A DNA stretch of 64,000 nucleotides, from assembly GCA_965368975.1 (NCBI GenBank), contig CBDUPA010000003.1:128001-192000 (forward strand), read 5' to 3'. Under the pieces are notes generated by a model. That model made no database searches, had not been told where the DNA came from, and saw nothing but the letters and a program-made list of their open reading frames with translations. Shown here one piece after another: positions 52,737-61,100 of this stretch (position 1 is its first letter; the number at the start of each line of letters is the position of its first letter). This stretch comes from an uncultured bacterium. GTDB taxonomy: Bacteria > Acidobacteriota > Thermoanaerobaculia > Multivoradales > JAHZIX01. The position numbers were made by a program, and so were the translations under genes.

Positions 52737-55700
52737 TCAATTCTCCAGGACGCTGCGCAGGGCGAAGTCGGCACGCTGGCCGGCCTGGAAGTCGAGCAGC
52801 AAGGTAGTGCCCGTGCCGGGATCGCAGGCGCTGTTGCCGTCGATGATGGGGCACTCCTGGTTCGGGTAGACCTGATCGACGAAGCCGAGGTCGTTCGAGG
52901 TCACGACACGGTACTGGCCGGTGGGGAGGTCCAGGACGTACGTACCGTCCTGCTCGCTGAAGCGACTGTCGACCAGGGTGCCGTCCAGGTCGTAGATCTC
53001 GATCCGTACATCCGCCAGGGGTGCGCCGCTGGCGGCGTTGCGGACGCTGCCGAATAGGCGTAGCGGCCGGTACGGCAAATGGAGATCGATACGCCGGCTG
53101 ATTCCTGCGGAAATGGCGAGAGGCGTGCCCTTTGTCGGATCGCAGGGTCTGCTGCAGGTGAGTCCGTCGTACAGGACGTTGCTGTAACCGTAAGAGCGCC
53201 CCGGCACGTCGTTCAGCGAGGAACTGAGGAAGTAAGTGCCATGCGCCAGTCCGGCAAAGACGTAGCGGCCGGCTCGGTTGGTGAAGGTGAACTGGTTGGC
53301 GCCGTCTAGCTTGCGCAGCTTCACGGACCTGAATGCCAAGGGGGCGCCAGTGACGCCGTCGAGCAGGAAGCCGTGGACTGTGCCCTGGGGACGCAGCAGG
53401 AAGTCGATGCCAGCGGTCGTCTGGCCGGCACGGGCACGCACGGCCCGGCCCTGGGTCGGGTCACAGGTCAGCGGACGGAAGGGACCGTTGGCGCCCGGAC
53501 AGGGCAGCAGGTCGTAGGTCTGAGCCTCGAGGGCTTCGTCCACGGCGGTCAAGTAGTAGAGGCCCGGTGGCAAGGCCGGCGTGGCGAAGGCGCCGTCCAC
53601 CGCCACGTCGACGGTGCCGCGCACGGACCGGTCGGCGTTCTGGTAACGCACCTCGGCGCTCGGCACCGGGTACTCACTGCTAGTCAGGTTGCGGTCCGTC
53701 ACCACGCGTCCCGCCAGCACGCCGCCGCCGCGCAACCGGAAGTCGATGCCGGTGAGGTGTGCGTCTTCCGCCACCAGCAGTGGGGTGCCGCCCTGGAACT
53801 GGTAGAGGAAGATGTCGGTTCGCGGCCGCACGTCCTCGACGCCGTCGTAGAACTGGGTGACATAGGGCGCTTCGCCTGGCACGGAGCGGGCCATGAGCAG
53901 GTAGAAGCCGCGTTCGAGAGCGGTGAGGGCATAGCTACCATCGCCCTGGCTGAACGCCGTGGCGTGAACCCTGCCGTAGTAGTCGTGCAGCAGTAGCTCG
54001 ATGTTCGGCAGCGGTTGACCGGCCAGGTCGGTAACGGTGCCGCGCACGCTGGCGTTGGTCTTGGCGCTGCCTGCGTTGGCGCGCGAGGGAATCGAAGGCG
54101 AGGGTTGTCGGCTTGCAGGCGTGGCGTCCAGGCGCGTACCGCGTTTGGGAAGGCGGAAATCCACCAGCGGGAAGTTGGCGTCGCCCACTTGCACCGCGCT
54201 GCCGGAGGCCGGATCGCAGTTGCCGAGCCAGGCCGAGCCGTCCGGACACGCCACGCCGTTGAAGACCTGGTCGAGGTGACCGATCTCGTTGTGGGTCGAG
54301 ACGAAGTAGCCGCCGGGCGGCAGCTCGAACTCGTACCGGCCACTGCTGTCGGTCTCGACCTGACCGACGTGGTCGCCGCTGCTGGCGTCCCAGACATCAA
54401 TGCGGATGCCGCTCAGGGGCACGTTACGGACCGGTTCCTCGACGCGACCGCGCAAGCCGGTGACCAGCGGTGTCAAGACGAAATCGATGTCCGGAGTCAG
54501 CTCGCGGTCGCGCACGGTGACCAGGGTGGCGCCCGCCGGTGCGCCGTTGCAGGGAGCCTCTTCGAGGCCGTCTGGGCAGTCGATGCCGGGGTAGAAGCGG
54601 GGCACGTACTGGCCTGCGCGGTGGCGTTCCCCAGCTCCAACATAATAGTCGCCAGGCGGCAGGGCATCGGTAGTGTAGAGGCCGGTCTGGAAGCTGCTCC
54701 TGTCGGTCGCGATCAGCTCACCGCTGGGATCGAAGATAGCGATCCTGGGCCCGATCGGCTGGCCGGTGAAGACGTTGACGGTGCGACCGGAAATGGCGCC
54801 GAAGGGGTCGAGGTGCAGGGCGATGCCGGAGATCACGTCGCCCAGCTCGATCTCGATCACGGTGCCGGTCGGTGCCTCGGTGCACTCACCGTTGCACTCC
54901 CCGCCGCCGTAGATCTGGCCGTTGTGTCCGCGGTAGGAAGCGGAGAGGCGGTAGGAGCCAGGCAGAATGCCGAACAGCTCGAAGGTGCCCTCGAACGCCT
55001 GCCGTGGCACGTCGACACGCTCGCCGGTGGTGGCATCCCAGAGCTGCAGGTCCGGGAAGGTGAGCTCACCGCCGGTGACCGAGCTGAAGACGCGCGGGCG
55101 CAGCACGCCGAGGGTTTCGAGTTCGAAGTCGAAGCCAGTCTGGGGAGCGACGGCACCCTCGAAGACCACCGGCGTGCCCTGCTCCAGGGGAGGGCAATCC
55201 GGCAGGCATGGCAGACCGTCGAAGAGTTCACTGCGCCAAGCTTCGGTACTCACGATCAACCGGTACTCGCCGGCCTTGATGCCGCGGATCTCGTAGTCGC
55301 CCGCACTGTCAGGGAAACCCAGTCCCACGACCTGGTCGCTGGCCGACCACAGCTGAACCTGGCCGCGGCTGATCGCCCCGCCCTGGCTGTCGGTAACGCG
55401 CCCTTGGAGTGTGCCGAGCGCGCGAGCCTCGAGATCGATACCCGTGACGCCGGCACTGCCGACGTTGATGGCAGTCGCGCCGTCGGTGGAGCACGAAGTG
55501 TTCAGAGAGTCGCAGGGCGGTGCGCCCAGGAGCTGAGGATGGATATCCCTGTTGAAGAACAGGTAGTACTCAGCGGCTGGCACTGACAGGGTGTATCTGC
55601 CTTGTGTGTCCGTGCTGGTGGAGTTGGTGATCTGAGGGAAGGGGTCGTAGACGCGATACGGCGAGGCCGTCACTACGACGCTTGCCAGCGGTGCGCCGGT

Positions 55701-57890
55701 GATGTCCGTGACGGTCCCCTCGATCGTCGGGTGCGGCACCAGCTGGAAGTCGATACCGGTGATCGGGGACTCCTGGGCCACCAGCGGTACGGCGTCGAGC
55801 GGATCGCAGCGGTCTTCGTTGATGAAGTCGGTGAACAGCGGGCAAGTGGCGCCGCCGTAGACCTGGTCCTCGTGGCTGCGGCCGCTGTCGGTGTACAGGT
55901 AGTAGGTGTCGCCGACCTGGGTGGGCAGGCGGTAGGAGCCGTCTGGCTGGGTGAAGACGGAGTTGATGCTGAAGTCGTCGCTGTTGTAGGCGTTGATCCG
56001 GCGATCGACCAAAGGCGTACCGTGGATATCGGTCATGTACCCCTGGATCGAAGAGCCACTGACGGTGAGTGGGCTCAGCTCGAAATCCACCCCTGTCGCC
56101 GCCGGGTAGTGACGGCCGGTCGGCTGCATGTCGAGGATCGAGGATCGCAGCAGGTCGTTGCTGGAGCCACAGCCGAAGGAGAGGCAATCGATGTGGTCGA
56201 ACAGCTGCGACCGGTAGCCATCCGCCTGGGTGTAGACGAAGTAGCCCCAGGGCGGGACGTTGCGTAGCACGTATTCGCCGTTGGCGTCGGTGGTGGTGGT
56301 GCGGTTGAAGTTGTCCTCCAGGTCCGCGCGCTGGCTTCGCACAATTGCCCCTGCCAGCGGCTGGCCTTCCGTGTCGGTCACTCTGCCGCGAATGTGGACA
56401 CCGTCGAGCAACACCAGATCGATGCCGGACGTCTCGGTGCCGGTCGCCACCGGCACCGGCGTACCGTCCAGGGGGTCACAGCCGGCCGGGCAGGGTAGGC
56501 CGCCGTAGAGTATACCGGTGGTGAAGAACGGTTCCCCGCGGTAGGCATAGAGGAAGTAGTTGCCGTCGGGCATGCCCTCCACGAAGAAACTGCCGTCGTC
56601 AAAGCGCGTGTGCGCGTACCGGAAGATCTCGCCGTCGGCGTAGAAGACGGCGACGACCACGCCGGTGGCCGGTGTTCCGTCTTCGTTCGACACGCGACCA
56701 CTCAAGCGGCCTCCCGGACTCAGTTCCAGGTCGATGCCGGTCAGCATCTCGCCGGCGCGTAGGGGCAGCGCTGTGCCCAACTCGTCGGTGCCGCAGTGAT
56801 CGTCGCGCTGGAAGCGGATCACGTCGTCGAAGAGCTCGTCGACGTGTGCCGGAGCTCCGTAGCTGTGGAGGTAGGCATCCTGGCTGTCGAGGTCGTCGTC
56901 CGGGTAGCCGAAGTGGTAGGAGCCGGTGGTCGTGGTCGAGAAGGTGCTCTCGAGGTGGAAGCCGAACTCACGGTTGCACAGTTCGATCCGGGTGTTGATC
57001 GGCGAGCCATCGCTCTCGCTGCTCACGCGCCCTTCAACGCTGGGATACATGCCAACGCGCAACTGGTAGTCGCCGCTGTCGTCGGCGGAGAAGCCGGACA
57101 GGCGAACGAGCACTTCCTGCCCTGCGTTCATCAAGGCATAGGCCGTTGCTTGAAGACCGTAGCTGTCGTCGGCGCACACCCTCTCGTTGCTGCCCGTGCC
57201 CGGACATTCATCCGCTCGATGCACCGACACGACGGTGTCGAAGTTCGAACCGGAGCTGTCGAAGCCGACGGCGCCGCGCTCTGTGGCCCGGTAGCGGAAC
57301 CAGACATCGCGCGAGTCAGAGAGGCTGCAGCCGTTGCCGCCGTCCTGTGTCGCCGTGCTCAACGAGCCGGTGACCGTCTGGCCTAGTTCCAGGATCTGCG
57401 CATCCGCGCAGCTGTCGTTGGCCGGTGCGGTCTTCGACTGGGCTCGCGGCGACTGGGATCGCGGCGCCAGGGGAGTGTGGGTGCGCAGCGCGTCCAGGGC
57501 CGCCACTTCACCGCGCTGGTGTAGCTCCAGGGCCAGGCGCAGGTTGTCCTCCAAGGCGCGCAGGGCGTCGAGCTTACGGGCAGTGACGGAGTCGGGCGTC
57601 GCCGCTGCCAGTGCTGCGAGAGAGTCCAGTTGCTGGCCTACCGCTTGCTGCCGACTCTGCCAGCTGGCGCGTTGTGCTTTGTCAGGTGACCTGGTCTCGC
57701 GCACCTCGACCAGGAGCTGGTGCAGCTGCTGGTTCAGCTGTTGCAGGTCGTGTTGGGTGTCGCTATTCCCAGCGACTGGCTGGTGCGTCGCGGCGATGGC
57801 GGGCGCCGCGAGGAGCAGGAGCAGGGGCAGCACCAAGAGGTTGCGCGGCCGAAGGGCGGAAAGGGGCGAATAGCATCGGGATGAAACCAC
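52737..57890 (-). CDS. Secreted Cys-loop repeat protein, long form (array copy 3; 13 repeats)
   Basis: GTG start follows GGAGG; signal peptide LLVLPLLLLLAAPAIA; NDSCADA PPC-like domain; 9 repeats, a Pro/Ser linker and 4 more repeats; ends ADFALRSVLEN. Confidence 0.88.
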   Translation of the reverse strand: MVSSRCYSPLSALRPRNLLVLPLLLLLAAPAIAATHQPVAGNSDTQHDLQQLNQQLHQLLVEVRETRSPDKAQRASWQSRQQAVGQQLDSLAALAAATPDSVTARKLDALRALEDNLRLALELHQRGEVAALDALRTHTPLAPRSQSPRAQSKTAPANDSCADAQILELGQTVTGSLSTATQDGGNGCSLSDSRDVWFRYRATERGAVGFDSSGSNFDTVVSVHRADECPGTGSNERVCADDSYGLQATAYALMNAGQEVLVRLSGFSADDSGDYQLRVGMYPSVEGRVSSESDGSPINTRIELCNREFGFHLESTFSTTTTGSYHFGYPDDDLDSQDAYLHSYGAPAHVDELFDDVIRFQRDDHCGTDELGTALPLRAGEMLTGIDLELSPGGRLSGRVSNEDGTPATGVVVAVFYADGEIFRYAHTRFDDGSFFVEGMPDGNYFLYAYRGEPFFTTGILYGGLPCPAGCDPLDGTPVPVATGTETSGIDLVLLDGVHIRGRVTDTEGQPLAGAIVRSQRADLEDNFNRTTTTDANGEYVLRNVPPWGYFVYTQADGYRSQLFDHIDCLSFGCGSSNDLLRSSILDMQPTGRHYPAATGVDFELSPLTVSGSSIQGYMTDIHGTPLVDRRINAYNSDDFSINSVFTQPDGSYRLPTQVGDTYYLYTDSGRSHEDQVYGGATCPLFTDFINEDRCDPLDAVPLVAQESPITGIDFQLVPHPTIEGTVTDITGAPLASVVVTASPYRVYDPFPQITNSTSTDTQGRYTLSVPAAEYYLFFNRDIHPQLLGAPPCDSLNTSCSTDGATAINVGSAGVTGIDLEARALGTLQGRVTDSQGGAISRGQVQLWSASDQVVGLGFPDSAGDYEIRGIKAGEYRLIVSTEAWRSELFDGLPCLPDCPPLEQGTPVVFEGAVAPQTGFDFELETLGVLRPRVFSSVTGGELTFPDLQLWDATTGERVDVPRQAFEGTFELFGILPGSYRLSASYRGHNGQIYGGGECNGECTEAPTGTVIEIELGDVISGIALHLDPFGAISGRTVNVFTGQPIGPRIAIFDPSGELIATDRSSFQTGLYTTDALPPGDYYVGAGERHRAGQYVPRFYPGIDCPDGLEEAPCNGAPAGATLVTVRDRELTPDIDFVLTPLVTGLRGRVEEPVRNVPLSGIRIDVWDASSGDHVGQVETDSSGRYEFELPPGGYFVSTHNEIGHLDQVFNGVACPDGSAWLGNCDPASGSAVQVGDANFPLVDFRLPKRGTRLDATPASRQPSPSIPSRANAGSAKTNASVRGTVTDLAGQPLPNIELLLHDYYGRVHATAFSQGDGSYALTALERGFYLLMARSVPGEAPYVTQFYDGVEDVRPRTDIFLYQFQGGTPLLVAEDAHLTGIDFRLRGGGVLAGRVVTDRNLTSSEYPVPSAEVRYQNADRSVRGTVDVAVDGAFATPALPPGLYYLTAVDEALEAQTYDLLPCPGANGPFRPLTCDPTQGRAVRARAGQTTAGIDFLLRPQGTVHGFLLDGVTGAPLAFRSVKLRKLDGANQFTFTNRAGRYVFAGLAHGTYFLSSSLNDVPGRSYGYSNVLYDGLTCSRPCDPTKGTPLAISAGISRRIDLHLPYRPLRLFGSVRNAASGAPLADVRIEIYDLDGTLVDSRFSEQDGTYVLDLPTGQYRVVTSNDLGFVDQVYPNQECPIIDGNSACDPGTGTTLLLDFQAGQRADFALRSVLEN

Positions 57891-57950
57891 AGAGAACCTC
57901 CAAGAGATTGGACAGTAGGACGTCTAGGGCCGTTCGCTTGCGATGACTGT

Positions 57951-57981
57951 TCTTGCGCCGACCCCTAGAGTAGGCGCAAGA
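57951..57981. other. Inverted repeat upstream of array copy 3
   Basis: TCTTGCGCC-N13-GGCGCAAGA; overlaps the conserved upstream motif. Confidence 0.45.
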
Positions 57982-57999
57982 GATCCGGGGGCGGGATCA
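57970..57999 (-). promoter_or_regulatory. Conserved bipartite upstream motif (ECF-promoter-like), copy A
   Basis: Minus strand TGATCCCG-N10-TCTTGCGCCTAC, about 80 nt upstream of the copy 3 start; identical boxes and spacing at 63509-63538. Confidence 0.6.
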
Positions 58000-58172
58000 G
58001 ATGTCCCTGGAGGAGGTCAAAGCCGAGCAACGGGAGTCGATCTTCGTGAGTAGCTGCAATGTTGCCGTGCGAGCGGCGAACTAGACTCCCACTGGTGGCA
58101 GCCTCTGTTTGTTGGGGACGGCAGAGCCGTAGGTCCTGTACGGGCAACTGGGCTCCAGGTTGCTTACGGTGG

Positions 58173-61100
58173 CTAGTTCGGCGCCAGCACACTGCGCAAG
58201 GAGAAGTCGGCTCGCTGTCCGGTTTCGAAGTCGAGCGTCAGCGGCGTACCGCTGCCGGGATCGCAGGCTGAGCTGCCATCGACGATCGGACACTCCTGGT
58301 TCGGATAGACCTGGTCGACGAAGCCGAGGTTGTTGTCGGTCAGCACGTGGTACTGACCGGGTGGGAGGTTGATTAGGTAGCTGCCGTCGAAGTTGCTGTA
58401 AGTCGTAGCGACCAGTGCGCCGTTGGCGTCGTAGACTTCGACGCGAATATTGTGCAAGACAGCGCCGCTCGCGGCGTTGCGTACGGTGCCGAATACGCGC
58501 AGCGGCGAGCGCGGCAGGTAGAGGTTGATAGTCCGATCGACTCCGGGATCGCCGAGGATCGGTTTCCCCTTGGTCGGCTCGCACGCTCCGCGGCAACTCA
58601 GGCCGTCGTAAAGCACGTTCGCGTAGTTCTCACCGCCGGCTCCTAGGGTACGCAGGAAGTACGTGCCGACGGGTAGGTTGTCCAAGATGTAGCGCCCAGC
58701 ACGGTTGGACCTCGTTCGCCAGGACTGTTCAAAGGCCGGCGCAACCGCCTCGATCGTCATTCCGGGCAACGGTTCGCCGCTGACGGCGTCATAGAGGTAG
58801 CCGGAAATCCTTGCCCAAGGGCGCAGATAGAAGTCGATGCTCGATGTCGTTTGGCCCGCGCGCACGTGCACTGGGCGTCCCTGTGTGGGGTCGCAGCTGA
58901 AGGGACGGAAGGCTATCGTGTAGTCGAGAGGGCAGGGAATGCGGTCGTAGTTCTGGGCTTCGAACCCGAAGCTGACGGCCGTCAGATAGTAGCGTCCGGG
59001 TGGCAGCGGGGATGAAGCGAAGGTGCCATCTGCCGCGATATTGAGCCAACCGGAGAGGGAACCATCTGCGTTCTGGAAGCGGACTTGGCCGGACGGTACC
59101 GGTTCGTTGGTACCAGTACGCTGGCCGCTGGTGAAGACACGTCCAGTGATCAAGCCGCCGGCGCGTAGACGAAAATCGATATCTTCGACGCTACTGTCGG
59201 CTGCCAATGGTACCGGGGTGCCACCGTCGAAGCGGAGGTCGAAGCTCCGGTTGCTGCAGACTGGAGTGCAGTCGATACCGTCGAAGATCTGCTCGACGTA
59301 GGGCGCCGAGGCGCTGACAGAGCGGGCGACGAGCACGTAGTACCCGGGCTCGAGGTTGTCGAGGAGGTAGCTACCGTCGGCCTGCGTCGAGGTCGAAGTG
59401 AGAATGTTGCCGAAGAGACTCTGCAACAAGACTTCGATATCTTGTAAGGGGGTTCCGCTTCGGTCGGTGACGGTACCGTGGATACGGGAGGTGGCTTGAC
59501 TTGATGAGGCCGCAGGCCCAGCACCCGAGCTGCCGATCGGAATGCGGAGAGCCTGGACCGGTGTCGAGGTCTCCGGCACGTCTCCGCGCGCGCTTCGTTG
59601 CGTCAGCCGAAAGCTCACGAATGGGAAGGCGGGGCTGGCGACCTCGACCGCGGTACCCGAGGAGGGATCGCAGCGACCGAGCCAGGCCGAGCCCTCTGCG
59701 CAGATGACTCCGCGGTACACCTCGTCACGCCAGCCTCGATCGTTGTGCGTCGAAACGAAATAACCTCCCGGTGGTAGCTCGGCTGCAAAGTTCGAACTTG
59801 TGACTTCGATGCGCTCGACGTGTGCCCCGGTCGAGGCGTCCCAGATGTCCACGTGAACACCATCAATCGGCTGAGAGTCGGCGGTCCGAACGTCGCCACG
59901 AAGTCCCGTGGACAGAGGTGTCAACACGAGGTCGATGTTCGCGGTCAGTCGGCCATTGACGACTTCCACAAGAAGGGCATCGCTTCCCGGTCCGCGCATG
60001 CACGGGGCCCGGTCGAAGCCATCCGGGCAGTCGACATCCGGAAACAGTCGAGGCATCTGGTTTCTATTAGTTGCGCCGACATAGTAGAAGCCGTCCGGAA
60101 GGGCTCTGGTCGTGTAGTTCCCGTCCGCGAACTGGCTGCTGCTAGCGGTGGTCACCTGCTGGCCCGTGCTGGCCCAGACCACGATGTCGGAGGATGTTCC
60201 ACGGCCAGTGAAAGCACCTGTAATGCGGCCCGAAATGGCACCGAAGGGTACGAGTCGAAACTCTATGCCAGAAATCACGTCGCCAAGTCCGATATGTAGG
60301 ATGTCTCCGTCCGGTGCCGAGGTGCAGGTTTCGGTACACGCGCTGCCACCGTAGATCTGACCGTTGTAGCCGAACCTAGAAGCGGAGAGGCGGTACGAGC
60401 CGGGTTGGATGTCGAAGAACTCGAACTCGCCGTCCACAGTTCTGCGTAGGACATGAGCGGGTTCACCGGACCCGGCGTGCCACAGTTGTAGGTCAGGATC
60501 GGATAGTTTCGCTCCGTTGGTGGCGTCGACGAAGCGCGCATGTAGGACCGCGAGGGCATCAAGCTGAAAGTCGAAGCCGGTTTGGGGGACTCGAGAACCG
60601 GTGAAGTTGACGGCGAGTCCCTGCTCCAGCGGCGGACAGCTCGGTAGGCAAGGGAGGTTGTCGTAGAGTTCGCCAACCCAGCCGGCGCCACTGTATTCGA
60701 GCCAGTGCTTCCCGACCGGTATGCCGCCGATTTCGTATTCGCCCTGGAGGTTCGGAGTGCCCGACCCGAGTACCACTCCGAGATCGTTGCGCAACAGGAC
60801 ACTGCCGTCGCTGACAGGCTGCCCTGCCATGTCGAGCACGCGGCCAGTCAAGGTGCCGAACCCTCGAGCCTGCAGATCGACGCCGGTAACGTCTGCAGCT
60901 TCAACTGCCACAGCTGTGGCACCTTCCGTCGGGCAACTGAAGACGTTGAAGAGGTCGTCGCACGGCGGCGCTCCCAGTACCTGCGGCATGATGCCTTTGC
61001 TGAAGTACAGGAAGTGGTCGCCTGCCGGTACTGGCAGGCTGTACCGACCTTCAGCGTCGGTCGTAGTCTGGTTGGTTAGGGTGGGGAAGGGCCGGTATTC

